Positions 38,917-49,021 of a DNA stretch of 64,000 nucleotides are shown piece by piece. The position numbers and the translations under genes were made by a program. The stretch comes from an uncultured bacterium. Lineage in GTDB: Bacteria > Krumholzibacteriota > Krumholzibacteriia > Krumholzibacteriales > WJIX01. The notes beneath the pieces were generated by a model. That model made no database searches. It was not told where the DNA came from and saw only the letters and a program-made list of their open reading frames with translations. Location of the stretch: contig CAZKNG010000002.1 in assembly GCA_964554125.1 (NCBI GenBank), positions 3,785 to 67,784 of the forward strand. The letters are read 5' to 3'. The number at the start of each line of letters is the position of its first letter. The stretch's first letter is position 1.

Positions 38917-39486
38917 GTGAATATGCCTGACAAATATCCAACAAAAAGGACATTGTTAATAACAGCCGTGATGCTATTATATTTCGGGTGTTCTGAAACT
39001 CCAATCTACCACGGCAAACTGGGAAGAAGACGCAGCAGAAAAAAGATCCCGACCACTAATAAGCAAACCCCTGATATAGCTATCAAGTTTTCTCCGCCAG
39101 TCCACAACTTCAGCAAAAAGAGGATTACAAGCAGTTTCGGAATTAGAAACAGCCCAAATTATAAATATAAGGAGCGTCACACCGGGATTGACATTGACAC
39201 AACAATGGGGGAACCTGTTGTTGCCTCTGCTTCGGGTAAAGTTGTTTTCGCCGGCAGAAGAAATGGCTACGGGAAGATTATAATTGTTGATCACGGAAAA
39301 CGTGTTCACACAGTTTACGCCCATCTTTCTTCGATACTTTGCAAAATGGGAGATTACGTCAAAACAGGGGATATAATAGGAAAAGCCGGTAAGAGTGGAA
39401 GAGCAACCGGAACACATCTTCATTTTGAAATCCGGAAAAAAGGTTACGCCGTAAATCCGATTCTATATATAGACAGAACCCTTTAA
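38917..39486 (+). CDS. M23 family metallopeptidase lipoprotein (NlpD/LytM-like); GTG start, alternative ATG at 38923
   Basis: Lipobox LLYFGCSE; HTGIDIDTTMGEPV...HLHFEIR M23 zinc-binding motifs (HxxxD ... HxH). Confidence 0.8.
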   Translation: MNMPDKYPTKRTLLITAVMLLYFGCSETPIYHGKLGRRRSRKKIPTTNKQTPDIAIKFSPPVHNFSKKRITSSFGIRNSPNYKYKERHTGIDIDTTMGEPVVASASGKVVFAGRRNGYGKIIIVDHGKRVHTVYAHLSSILCKMGDYVKTGDIIGKAGKSGRATGTHLHFEIRKKGYAVNPILYIDRTL

Positions 39487-39497
39487 ATAAGAACCTC

Positions 39498-40310
39498 ATG
39501 AAGAGAATAAAGGATATTGAAGATTTTCAGCAGAGATACTTTCTTGAAGTGAGCAAATATCCGAGGCTTACAAAAGAAGAAGAGATAGATCTGGCCAGGA
39601 AAGTACAACAGGGTGATGAAGAGGCCAAGAAAAGACTTATTATGTGTAATTTGAGACTCGTAATAAGTATTGCAAAATCTTACCGAACATATAATATCTC
39701 TTTTTTGGATCTCATAGAAGAGGGGAATATGGGACTTATTAAAGCTGTTGAGAAGTACGACCCCGAAAGGGGGTTCCGTTTTAGCACATATTCTTCATGG
39801 TGGATAAAGCAGTCGATCTCCAGAGCAGTTTCAAATTACTCCAGGACTATAAGAATCCCCATACATATATTAAAATTGATCAGCAATTACTTCGAATTAA
39901 AGAATAGCAGGGATAACTTAGATATTGATGAACAAATAAAACAACTTGGCATTTCAAGAAATAAGTTTATTATGCTCGAAGAACTTATAATGAATATAAA
40001 GGCACTCGACATGTCCAGCAGTATTGACATGTACAACCAGCTGGCTGACGATTTCCAGGTTGAAGATGGCTTAAACCCGGAAAATATAATTCTAAAACAG
40101 ATCGAAAATGAAGAACTCTCTGATCTTATTGAAAGATTATCTGAAAGGGAAAAGTATATATTGAAAATAAGGTACGGTTTTATCGACGGGGAAACACATA
40201 CACTGGCCAGTATTGGGGAAAAAATAGATGTTTCAAGAGAAAGAGTAAGGCAGATCGAGAACCGTGCACTACGTAAATTGAAGCTGTTGATCGATTCTCA
40301 AGAAGAATAA
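39498..40310 (+). CDS. RNA polymerase sigma factor, sigma-70 family (group 2/3-like, regions 1.2-4)
   Basis: Region 2 RLVISIAKSYRTYNISFLDLIEEGNMGLIKAVEKYDPERGFRFSTYSSWWIKQSISRAV; region 4 HTH TLASIGEKIDVSRERVRQIENRALRKLK. Confidence 0.8.
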   Translation: MKRIKDIEDFQQRYFLEVSKYPRLTKEEEIDLARKVQQGDEEAKKRLIMCNLRLVISIAKSYRTYNISFLDLIEEGNMGLIKAVEKYDPERGFRFSTYSSWWIKQSISRAVSNYSRTIRIPIHILKLISNYFELKNSRDNLDIDEQIKQLGISRNKFIMLEELIMNIKALDMSSSIDMYNQLADDFQVEDGLNPENIILKQIENEELSDLIERLSEREKYILKIRYGFIDGETHTLASIGEKIDVSRERVRQIENRALRKLKLLIDSQEE

Positions 40311-40323
40311 CAGAGGAGAAAGC

Positions 40324-40842
40324 ATGAAGGTTGATATGAAAAAAGTGATTCGAAACATAGCTGATTTTCCGATAGAGGGAGTACTCTACCGGGACATAAC
40401 TCCTTTGCTCCTTTCCAATGAGATATTCAGTGAGATATGCGACAGAATTTACCACAGATACTCAGATCGTGAAATAGACAAAATTGCCGCAATAGAATCC
40501 AGAGGGTTCATATTCGGCTCTGTAGTAGCATCAAGATTGAATAAGGGTTTAATCCTTGTCAGGAAAGAGGGAAAATTACCCTCAAAGAAGATAAAAGAAA
40601 GTTATTCACTTGAATATGGTGAGGAATGTCTTGAAATACACGTAGATTCGATAGAAAAAGGAGATAAGGTACTTATTATCGATGATCTGCTGGCGACAGG
40701 AGGTACAGCCGCGGCAACATGCAGAATGATCGACAAACTCGGGGGTGAAGTGGAAGAGTTATGTTTTCTGATCGAACTGTCAGATCTTGAAGGCAGAAAA
40801 AAACTCAGTGGAAGAACAGTGTTCTCATTAGTAATTTATTGA
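40324..40842 (+). CDS. apt: Adenine phosphoribosyltransferase
   Basis: PRPP-binding VLIIDDLLATGGTAAAT; 172 aa; GAGGAGAAAG SD. Confidence 0.9.
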   Translation: MKVDMKKVIRNIADFPIEGVLYRDITPLLLSNEIFSEICDRIYHRYSDREIDKIAAIESRGFIFGSVVASRLNKGLILVRKEGKLPSKKIKESYSLEYGEECLEIHVDSIEKGDKVLIIDDLLATGGTAAATCRMIDKLGGEVEELCFLIELSDLEGRKKLSGRTVFSLVIY

Positions 40843-40911
40843 GCAATTTTATTTGCCATCTTAGTGGTAAATCATTAAGATAGTATAACTGTTTGATATT
40901 ATCATTATCAT

Positions 40912-40985
40912 GCCCCCGTAGCTCAGGCGGATAGAGCATCGGTTTCCTAAACCGGGTGTCGCATGTTCGAGTCATGCCGGGGGCG
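40912..40985 (+). tRNA. tRNA-Arg (anticodon CCT)
   Basis: Manual cloverleaf: acceptor GCCCCCG/CGGGGGC, D-arm GCTCAGGCGGATAGAGC, anticodon stem TCGGT/ACCGG loop TTCCTAA, T-arm GCATG TTCGAGT CATGC; no encoded CCA. Confidence 0.85.
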
Positions 40986-41011
40986 TTTTCAAAATTACAA
41001 CGTAATATTAA

Positions 41012-41067
41012 TATAGATAAAAAAATAAATATTCCCGGTAAGACACCCCAGCTCATCGGGAATATTT
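41012..41067 (-). terminator. Strong rho-independent terminator for minus-strand transcription (11-bp stem, 19-nt loop, U-tract)
   Basis: AAATATTCCCG/CGGGAATATTT perfect inverted repeat; on the minus strand followed by TTTATTTTTTTATC. Confidence 0.6.
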
Positions 41068-41100
41068 AGATTCTATAACCACTGCAATCTGTTTGCTGCG

Positions 41101-41148
41101 TTACTTCAGCCACCACAATAGATCAATTATCAGAAATATAGGTAACAT
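41101..41148 (-). CDS. 15-codon hydrophobic ORF MLPIFLIIDLLWWLK with consensus SD (leader-peptide-like; tandem Trp codons)
   Basis: AGGAGGTGAAAAATG on the minus strand; ORF ends 33 nt upstream of the strong terminator; below the ORF-track length cutoff. Confidence 0.25.
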   Translation of the reverse strand: MLPIFLIIDLLWWLK

Positions 41149-41552
41149 TTTTCACCTCCTGCTAATTATTATCTATGCCGGCCACTCTGAAAAAAATATT
41201 CCAAAATAACTTATTAAGTTATTTACTTTTTTAAAACGCATTTATTATGCCGGATAACAGAATATATAGGATAAAATGATTATAGAAATTAACTGAACTC
41301 TCAAAATTCAAATAATTACATATAGTTATGGGAATAGATTATACGGTATTTGTGTGATCTTAAGGGTTGCCATTTGAAAAAACTGACAAGAGAAGTGACC
41401 GGTAAAACGCCACTAATCCACAGTATTATTGCAGGATTATATAATATATACAAATATAAAGATAGACAACAATCTATAATTATATAATTAAACTATAGTT
41501 TATATAATTTTATAAAATCAAGATTATAATATCTGTTATATATTTTTGGGTT

Positions 41553-44018
41553 TTAATCCTTTTTTAAAATTATTACCGTAGTGTCGTCCTTTATTTTTTT
41601 ATTGCCAAAATCTTCCAGGCTGTCGAATAATTTATCAATCAGTCTATCTGGGCTAAGCTCGTAATTTTCAACCAGGAAACCGAGAAATCTCTCGCAGCCG
41701 AAATAATTTCCTTCATCATCCTCCTGATCGATGACTCCATCTGTAAACGCTGTAAGTAGATCACCACTTTGTAATTTGACCGCCCCTTCAAGATAGGGGG
41801 CATCTTTTTCAATCCCGAGAACAAGGCCCCCTCTTTTCAATCTTTCGATCTTGCCGTTTCTTTTTATAATTACCGGAGGTTCGGCTCCAGCGTTTGTATA
41901 ATTCACTATACCTGTTTGCTCATCGTATAGAGCATAGAATAAAGTGGCATGGCGAATACTGTCGCTTTTTTCAAATAGGCTGTTATTCAAGTAGTAAACT
42001 ACATCAGCACATCTGCGTTTCAACTGAGTCTGAGCGCTCAGTGAAGCCTGAATCGTAGACATGAGGAAAGCGGCGGGTATTCCCTTACCGGCGACATCTG
42101 ATACCGCCAGCCCTGTTATGCCCGCCCCCAGATCGAAGAAATCGTAGAAATCTCCTCCAACCTGCTTGCTTGTTCTGATTTTAGCCGCGATTTGTGCCCC
42201 CTGCAGGGTAGGGGGTGAGTCGGGTAGAAGTTTCTTCTGGATTCCACTGGCTATCCTGATTTCGTTCTCGAGTTCTTCTTTCTCTAAGTTGATCCGAGAT
42301 AATTCCAGATTTCTCAGTGAAGCAGCAGTCCTCTCTCCAAGAAAATTCAGCAGTTCCGAATCCTCACTCGTATATATACCTCCCGATTTCTTGGGACCCG
42401 CTATAATAAAACCCTTCAAAACAGCATCTACTGATATTGCTACAATAGTGGAATTTTTGTTTATATTGACAAATTCACGCGAGATTCTGTCGAACTTATA
42501 CTTAACCCACATAGAGTCAAAATATTCAAGCATTAGAGGGGATTTCTTTTTTTCGGTCTCACGGAGCAACTCAATTTTCTTGGGCAGTTTTTTTACTGCA
42601 ATTTCTTTATCCTCAGGATATATATAGCTGAGCTCAAAATTAAAGTCATCTCTTGATAAGAATACCTGGACACTTTCAGGCTTAAAGATAGTTACTATCT
42701 CTTTTGTAACACAACTTATAATCCCTTCCGTGCTTTTATGGGAACGGATATTATGTGAAAATTCCATAAGGGATCTCTTTAAATATCCGCGTTCCTGGTA
42801 GGAATACCTGTCAAATATGCTGAAAACCATGGATCTTGCGGGAACGAACAGAACGGCGAAAAAGATTATAGCGATTGCTGAAAAATAGTACTGATTTAAA
42901 TCAAGAAGCTGAGCGGTGTTACTTTTCGATATTTGATTGATAACATAATAAAATGCTGTAAATAGCAGGGGAATTACGAGATATACAATTACTCTCTTTA
43001 AAGCCAATCTCAAGTTAAAGGCGTCCTGTTTTAGAATCGCCCAACTAAAAGTTATTGAAATAAACGACAGTGAAATCCAGGAGAGATACAGATAATTGTG
43101 AGAGACAGAAATTGGTTTGATATGCATAATAAAAAGCATCAAAGCCATTGGAAGTATTCCCGTAGCAATACCGAAAATCACTATCCGGAATTTTGTTTTG
43201 AGTGCTTTTGTGGAAGCCCTGTAGGACCGGATAAATATTACGGGGATTAATATCGCGTAGAACATCCAGTATAAAGATATAATAGTTTCATGAACATGAA
43301 TAACAGACCTGCTGACTGTGGAATTATAGTTAGCCAGAGAGAGAATAAAACTTATAGCGTATATTATAGTAGGAGGGTAGTAGAGGTATTTCTCAGCTTT
43401 GTAACGTGTGCTTCCCGTTTCAATTACACGTCCCGGGAACATGAGGAAGAAATGGAGAAAAAAGGCCGGCATAAAAATAAACAGAAGGTCATATATCAAC
43501 TCTCCGCCGATATTAAGAATATCTAACGATACAATCGGTCTGTCCGTAAAAATAAAGGCCATCACAAGGCAATTCATCGAGAAAAGAATCCCCATAATAT
43601 CACTGCGTTTTTGAATAACCACAAAACCCGCCGTAATGAAGCTCAACGCGGAGATAATAAGCCCGAATCTTTTAAGTTTCTTTTCGATCGGTTGTTTTTC
43701 AACTCTTACTTTGATATCTATAAGTTCACCGTTTCGTTTAACTGTAAAAATAAAGGGGGTCAGGTTAGTATTTCTGAAAATCAGGTATTTATAGTGATTC
43801 ATATTATTAACCCTGATACCGTTAACAGCTACGATTAGATCGCCTATTTTAATGGATGAGTTAAAGTTAGGCCCATCTTCTTCAACTTCTATTATTTTGA
43901 GGTTATGGTCTTTGATTCCGAGGAAAGGGGATTCTAAGAAATCTTCCAGTCCAAAATACCCAAGTATGATGATCAGCAATGCAGCAGCGATTATACCGCT
44001 TCTTATAAATCTGATCAT
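41553..44018 (-). CDS. Membrane sensor Ser/Thr phosphatase: N-terminal PDZ, polytopic 7TM-like membrane region, GAF-like linker, C-terminal PP2C/SpoIIE (RsbU-type) phosphatase
   Basis: PDZ-like IKIGDLIVAVNGIRV; ~8 TM helices; C-terminal GGDFYDFFDLGAGITGLAVSDVAGKGIPAAFLMS ... DGVID PP2C motifs; AAGGAGA SD. Confidence 0.8.
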   Translation of the reverse strand: MIRFIRSGIIAAALLIIILGYFGLEDFLESPFLGIKDHNLKIIEVEEDGPNFNSSIKIGDLIVAVNGIRVNNMNHYKYLIFRNTNLTPFIFTVKRNGELIDIKVRVEKQPIEKKLKRFGLIISALSFITAGFVVIQKRSDIMGILFSMNCLVMAFIFTDRPIVSLDILNIGGELIYDLLFIFMPAFFLHFFLMFPGRVIETGSTRYKAEKYLYYPPTIIYAISFILSLANYNSTVSRSVIHVHETIISLYWMFYAILIPVIFIRSYRASTKALKTKFRIVIFGIATGILPMALMLFIMHIKPISVSHNYLYLSWISLSFISITFSWAILKQDAFNLRLALKRVIVYLVIPLLFTAFYYVINQISKSNTAQLLDLNQYYFSAIAIIFFAVLFVPARSMVFSIFDRYSYQERGYLKRSLMEFSHNIRSHKSTEGIISCVTKEIVTIFKPESVQVFLSRDDFNFELSYIYPEDKEIAVKKLPKKIELLRETEKKKSPLMLEYFDSMWVKYKFDRISREFVNINKNSTIVAISVDAVLKGFIIAGPKKSGGIYTSEDSELLNFLGERTAASLRNLELSRINLEKEELENEIRIASGIQKKLLPDSPPTLQGAQIAAKIRTSKQVGGDFYDFFDLGAGITGLAVSDVAGKGIPAAFLMSTIQASLSAQTQLKRRCADVVYYLNNSLFEKSDSIRHATLFYALYDEQTGIVNYTNAGAEPPVIIKRNGKIERLKRGGLVLGIEKDAPYLEGAVKLQSGDLLTAFTDGVIDQEDDEGNYFGCERFLGFLVENYELSPDRLIDKLFDSLEDFGNKKIKDDTTVIILKKD

Positions 44019-44151
44019 TTTTTCTCCTTATATAGTTGTTTTTAAGCTTCTCATAACAAAAACTGAATGTCAATAAGTTATTAATTCCATTAATAACTTG
44101 TAAAATCAGGTATAAATATATATTTTAATTAAATAAAGGGAGGTAGCTGAA

Positions 44152-44814
44152 TTGAGAAAAAGAATGACCAGGAAAGAGATAAGAGAAGACGCGTTTGTCG
44201 CCTTCTTTGTTAAAGTCCACGAATACATAAAAACCCACCAGAATTACCTGTTTACCGCTCTAATTGTCGTTATTATAATCGTTTCAGGTATTGTGTGGTA
44301 TTCCAACCACCTGGAATATTCCGAGATCCAAAGTTTAAACAGATTCTCAGAGGGACTCACCCTTTACAGACAGGGCGAGACATCTTCAGCTGAAGATATT
44401 TTTAAATCTGTTAGAAATGCCTACGGAGATAGTAAACATGGTATATTCGCAAGGTATTTTGCCGGTAAATGCGCCCTTGCTGAAGGCAGAAACACCGACG
44501 CCATAGATTATTTTAATGATTATCTGAATAACTGCAATGAATACCCGTTCTATAGAGAACCGTCTAAGATAGCTATAGCTGTAGCCTATGAGAACGACCG
44601 TGATTTTGAAAAAGCCGCTGAAATATATGTTGAACTCGCTTTAAAAGAATCTTCAACAGAAAATGATGGAAGTTTTCTTGAGAAAGCAGCTGAATTATAT
44701 AAACTTGCCGGAAAGAAGGGAAAGGCTGTCGAGTTATTGGAACAGGCTCGAGAGTTTAAAGAAGGTCTTGCCAAGAGAGAAATACAACTTAAAATAGATA
44801 TCCTGCGGGGATAG
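44152..44814 (+). CDS. Membrane-anchored TPR-like protein (YfgM/UPF0070-like); TTG start with AAAGGGAGGT SD
   Basis: Single N-terminal TM after a basic stretch, then TPR-like helical repeats; architecture like YfgM. Confidence 0.45.
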   Translation: MRKRMTRKEIREDAFVAFFVKVHEYIKTHQNYLFTALIVVIIIVSGIVWYSNHLEYSEIQSLNRFSEGLTLYRQGETSSAEDIFKSVRNAYGDSKHGIFARYFAGKCALAEGRNTDAIDYFNDYLNNCNEYPFYREPSKIAIAVAYENDRDFEKAAEIYVELALKESSTENDGSFLEKAAELYKLAGKKGKAVELLEQAREFKEGLAKREIQLKIDILRG

Positions 44815-44948
44815 AGAGTATAGGCAAAAGTACTTCAAGCCGGTATGAAGATGATCACATAATGTCGTATAATATATATTATGTTAACCATGCAGATTCA
44901 GCTTTTTGTTCTTAACCTTATAAACACTCTTAAGTTATTGTTTTATCG

Positions 44949-47459
44949 TTATGATACTACGATATTTACTAACTTATTGGGGACCACTATAATTTTTCTG
45001 ATTTCACCTGAATCTGTATACTTTTTAATTCTTTCATTCTCAAGCGCTATTCTTTTAAGTTTTTCATCATCGCTTTCTGAAGCAACGTCGACTCTTGCTC
45101 TTACTTTCCCGTTGACCTGAATTATAAGTGTAAAAGTTTCTTCTTCCATGTAACGTTCATCTTCAACGGGCAATTTTTCCTTGAAAACTGTGGATCTATA
45201 TCCGCAGAGTTCCCTTAATTCCTCGCATAGATGAGGCGCAATCGGAGCAAGAAGTATCAAAAGATTGTTGAAAGTATGCCTGAATAAAGATACGGAAGCC
45301 ATGTCATTTGAAGATAATCCCGGATCAGTATCGATAAAATTATAAATTTCATTCGTGAGCTCCATAAGAGCGCTTATCGCGGTATTAAAATGGAAATTTC
45401 CGCTTAAAACATCCCTTTTAACTTTGAATATTGTTTGCTGTAACTTCCTGTAAAGTCCTAGCTGGGTGTCCGACATAGATTTAGGGTCGGGAATAGCCGC
45501 TTCATTTCCTTCAGCAGCAAAATCTTTGAAAATTTCTTCATTATTAGAATATATACGCCATACCCTATTTACAAACCGCCATGCGCCTTCAACCGCACGC
45601 TGATTCCATTCTGCATCCTTCTCCGGAGGACCGATAAATAGAGTGTATATCCTGACTGTGTCCGCTCCGTATTTCTCAATCAGTTCGTTCGGACTTATTA
45701 CATTACCTGCGCTTTTTGACATTTTCGAGCCGTTTCTCGTTATCATACCTTGCGTAAAAAGGTTTTTGAAAGGTTCCTCAAAACCAACAAACCCTTTATC
45801 GTAGAGAAACTTTACTATGAATCTGGAATACAGAAGATGTAGTATAGCGTGTTCAACTCCACCTATATATTGATCAACAGGTAACCACCTGTCTGCAATC
45901 TCTCTGTCGAATGGTCTTTCGGAATCATCTGGCGATAAATATCTCAAAAAATACCAACTTGAATCAACGAAGGTGTCCATTGTGTCGGTATCCCTTTTCG
46001 CGGGACCTCCACAGACGGGACACTTTGTGTTAACAAATATTTCAGAAGTAGATAATGGGCTTTTACCATCTCCCCTTGGTGTAAAATCAACATTTTCTGG
46101 CAGATGGACCGGAAGATCATCTTCAGGCACCGGATTGATTCCGCATTTGTCGCAATACACTATTGGAATCGGAGCCCCCCAGTATCTCTGTCTCGAAATA
46201 AGCCAGTCTCTCAGCCTGTAATGTGTACTCCTCTTGGCGAAACCCTGCTTCTCGAGAGAATCGGTAATTACTTCCATTGCTTCTAAATTTGAAAGTCCGT
46301 CATATTTATCTGAATTCAGCAGCGATCCGTTGCCGATATAAGCTTCCGTCAATTCCTGGGGATCGGAGCCTTCCGGTTTGATCACTTGAATAACCGGTAT
46401 ATTGAGCTTTGCATCGCGTGCGAATTCAAAATCCCGCTGATCATGGGCCGGCACGCCCATAACAACTCCTGTGCCATAATCCATAAGAACATACCCGGCA
46501 AGATAAACAGGAACCTTATCTGATGTAGCTGGATTTACTGCGTAACAACCTGTAAAAAATCCTTCCCTCCCGCTTTCAGATCTGTCCTGCATCTTCAATT
46601 TTTTAATACGGTTTATATATTCGATCCCGTCTTCTCTTCCGCCAATTTCAAGCAGTTTTTCCGCCATAGGATGATCGGCAGCCATAACTATAAAAGTTAC
46701 GCCGAAGATCGTATCCACTCTGGTAGTAAAACAGGGAAGGATTACATCAGATTTTTCAAGCTTGAAACTGATCTCAATACCCTCACTTTTGCCAATCCAG
46801 TTCTTCTGCATTGTACGTACCCGCTTAGGCCAGTTATCAAGCTTTGAAAGATCATCAAGCAACAGGTCGGCATATTCAGTTATTTTAAAGAACCACTGTT
46901 TTAAATTCCTTGATTTGACAGAAGAACCGCATCTTTCACATTCACCATTAACAACCTGTTCATTTGCGAGTACGGTTTTACAGGATGGACACCAGTTGAC
47001 AGACGCTTCTTTTCGGTATGCTAATCCAGATTTATATAATTGAACAAATAACCATTGAGTCCACTTGTAATATTCAGGATCGCATGATGCTAATTCTTTA
47101 GACCAGTCATAAATAACCCCCCACCTGCGGAATTGATTCTTCATCTCTTTAATATTTTTATTTGTCCATTCGGAGGGGTTTATCTTGTTTTTTATCGCGG
47201 CATTCTCCGCCGGCAGGCCAAATGAATCCCATCCCATTGGAGCAAGTACATTGAATCCATCCATCATCTTTATTCTGGCGAGAGCATCTCCTATAATATA
47301 ATTTCTTCCATGACCAACATGAAGGTTTCCGGAAGGATACGGGAACATCATCAGGCAGTAGTATTCATTACCCTGTAATTGGAGGTCACAGGTAAAAACC
47401 TTATTCCACCTCTTTTGCCACTTTGGTTCTACTTCTTTGAAATTAAATATATCTTTCAA
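44949..47459 (-). CDS. leuS: Leucyl-tRNA synthetase (TTG start)
   Basis: [30 protein letters not shown] motif, KMSKS present (KMSKSAGN), CP1 editing domain; 836 aa. Confidence 0.95.
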   Translation of the reverse strand: MKDIFNFKEVEPKWQKRWNKVFTCDLQLQGNEYYCLMMFPYPSGNLHVGHGRNYIIGDALARIKMMDGFNVLAPMGWDSFGLPAENAAIKNKINPSEWTNKNIKEMKNQFRRWGVIYDWSKELASCDPEYYKWTQWLFVQLYKSGLAYRKEASVNWCPSCKTVLANEQVVNGECERCGSSVKSRNLKQWFFKITEYADLLLDDLSKLDNWPKRVRTMQKNWIGKSEGIEISFKLEKSDVILPCFTTRVDTIFGVTFIVMAADHPMAEKLLEIGGREDGIEYINRIKKLKMQDRSESGREGFFTGCYAVNPATSDKVPVYLAGYVLMDYGTGVVMGVPAHDQRDFEFARDAKLNIPVIQVIKPEGSDPQELTEAYIGNGSLLNSDKYDGLSNLEAMEVITDSLEKQGFAKRSTHYRLRDWLISRQRYWGAPIPIVYCDKCGINPVPEDDLPVHLPENVDFTPRGDGKSPLSTSEIFVNTKCPVCGGPAKRDTDTMDTFVDSSWYFLRYLSPDDSERPFDREIADRWLPVDQYIGGVEHAILHLLYSRFIVKFLYDKGFVGFEEPFKNLFTQGMITRNGSKMSKSAGNVISPNELIEKYGADTVRIYTLFIGPPEKDAEWNQRAVEGAWRFVNRVWRIYSNNEEIFKDFAAEGNEAAIPDPKSMSDTQLGLYRKLQQTIFKVKRDVLSGNFHFNTAISALMELTNEIYNFIDTDPGLSSNDMASVSLFRHTFNNLLILLAPIAPHLCEELRELCGYRSTVFKEKLPVEDERYMEEETFTLIIQVNGKVRARVDVASESDDEKLKRIALENERIKKYTDSGEIRKIIVVPNKLVNIVVS

Positions 47460-47589
47460 TGCCTTACTTCCTACTTTTTATACTTACCGGTAATTTTTGA
47501 GTATCTTAACGATCCATTTGGATTTGTATTATCAACATAGATAAAATACTGACGGGTTTTCAATAACGCAAGATATGATATAATACTTT

Positions 47590-47925
47590 TTAAACCAATT
47601 TGACAAGTTTCCTTAATTTTTCCTCAACAAGCTCCTTAGATATTGAACCTGTTATCCTGTCTATCAGTTTCCCATCTTCGAAAAACATTAAAAGAGGTAT
47701 ATTCCTTACTTCATATTTCTTAGTCGTCTCACTATTACCATTTACATTAATTTTACAGAACGATATTGCGCCTTCGTATCTTTCCGCCATATCTTCTATT
47801 ATCTTTTCAAGCTGCTTGCACGGGACACACCATGGAGCCCAGAAATCGACTACCACCGGTTGTCCTGATTCTTTGATTACACTATTAAAGTTGCCGTCTC
47901 CAATCTCTTTTATCTTACTACTCAT
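47590..47925 (-). CDS. trxA: Thioredoxin (active site WCVPC)
   Basis: VVDFWAPWCVPCKQL thioredoxin fold signature; 111 aa. Confidence 0.85.
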   Translation of the reverse strand: MSSKIKEIGDGNFNSVIKESGQPVVVDFWAPWCVPCKQLEKIIEDMAERYEGAISFCKINVNGNSETTKKYEVRNIPLLMFFEDGKLIDRITGSISKELVEEKLRKLVKLV

Positions 47926-47968
47926 TTATCTGTTTTTCCCTTCTTCCGTCTATAAAAAAACGATTTCC

Positions 47969-49021
47969 CTAGCTAACCCGTAATCTCTCTAAACTACTGT
48001 CTGCTTCATACACTTCGTTCTCAAAAGAATGTAAAAAACAGCTTATAATTATCAGGCTTTGAGGCAGAGAGCTTCTTTTAATCTTCAGATCCGCCATACG
48101 CAAATTCTCAAGCCATAAAATTATTTCCTTTTTGGTAAAGGAATTCGCCTGTTTTCTTCTTTTAGCATACCAGTAGCCACCGGATTTGTAACCATATTTT
48201 ATCTTCAACAGTGTGATAAAGTTTCTAATTAGATTATATACTATCACTGAAGGTCTCTCAGCGCCAGAATTAATAATCTTAAATAATATCTCAAGTATTT
48301 CAGATTCTCTTTGCGGCCCGAGTCTGTCAATTAAATCATATATACCGTTAAATCTATAATTTCCAATAACCTGCCTGAGGTCTTCTATGTCGACTTTTCT
48401 ATCCTCATAGACAACGGCAAGCTTATCAAGTTCATTCTTGAGATCATAAATATTCTCCCCTATTCTTTCAACAAGAGTTTTACTCGCTTCACTGCTTATT
48501 TTCACACCCATAGTTTTTGCTTTCTGAATAATCCAGCGCCTTAGATCCCCTTCGTTGAGTTTCCTGAATCTAATAACGTCCCCGTTCTTTTTAACTGCTT
48601 CTTCAAGTTTATTAAAGCCTCTGGGTGGTTTAATTCTTCTTCCCGTTTGATCATGTGTATTATATACAATCACAACAATGCTGCTTTCAACAGGATCCTC
48701 ACAGTATTGGGCTAGTTTTTTGCAGCTTCCGCGCATCTTTTCCAATTCTCTTAGAACTAGAACCTTTTTCCCCCCCATAAAAGGAAAAGAATTGGCTGCT
48801 GATATAAATTCTTCGATATCAACATCTCGTCCATATGCAACACTCAGGTTAAACGCGTTCATACCATCTCCGCCCTGGACTGAAGAGGCAATCTTTCTTT
48901 CAAATTGTTCCATAATGAATTTTTCTCTTCCCTTTAGCAGGTAGAGATTGGATTTCTCTTTTTTGTCTAAACTTGAGAAGATTTTCTTATATCCACTAAG
49001 AATTGAAGCCATTATCACCAA
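47969..49021 (-). CDS. holA: DNA polymerase III delta subunit HolA
   Basis: N-terminal clamp-loader AAA+-like fold with ..NLYLLKGREKFIMEQ.. and C-terminal helical domain; conserved linkage with leuS and the lptE-like gene. Confidence 0.75.
   Translation of the reverse strand: MVIMASILSGYKKIFSSLDKKEKSNLYLLKGREKFIMEQFERKIASSVQGGDGMNAFNLSVAYGRDVDIEEFISAANSFPFMGGKKVLVLRELEKMRGSCKKLAQYCEDPVESSIVVIVYNTHDQTGRRIKPPRGFNKLEEAVKKNGDVIRFRKLNEGDLRRWIIQKAKTMGVKISSEASKTLVERIGENIYDLKNELDKLAVVYEDRKVDIEDLRQVIGNYRFNGIYDLIDRLGPQRESEILEILFKIINSGAERPSVIVYNLIRNFITLLKIKYGYKSGGYWYAKRRKQANSFTKKEIILWLENLRMADLKIKRSSLPQSLIIISCFLHSFENEVYEADSSLERLRVS

Noticed and set aside
38744-39004. 86-aa minus-strand ORF
   Set aside because: Antisense to tRNA-Pro(CGG) (contains the tRNA complement [10 protein letters not shown]-type translation typical of tRNA shadow ORFs)
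40805-41056. 83-aa minus-strand ORF
   Set aside because: Antisense to tRNA-Arg(CCT); tRNA shadow ORF
40986-41552. Genomic-island integration site at tRNA-Arg (AT-rich tract after a tRNA)
   Set aside because: No integrase or recombinase, no direct repeat of the tRNA 3' end, and the flanking genes are housekeeping; reported instead as a small ORF/terminator unit
42166-43838. Several 68-153 aa + strand ORFs
   Set aside because: All antisense within the 821-aa PP2C phosphatase gene, whose domain content is coherent across its full length
44881-45120. 79-aa + ORF at the leuS 3' end
   Set aside because: Antisense overlap with the conserved leuS C-terminus
47460-47589. Possible T-box leader upstream of leuS
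   Set aside because: No T-box consensus (AATTAGGGTGGTACCGCG or its complement) and no specifier or antiterminator structure was found in the 130-bp region; the gene uses an ordinary SD with TTG start
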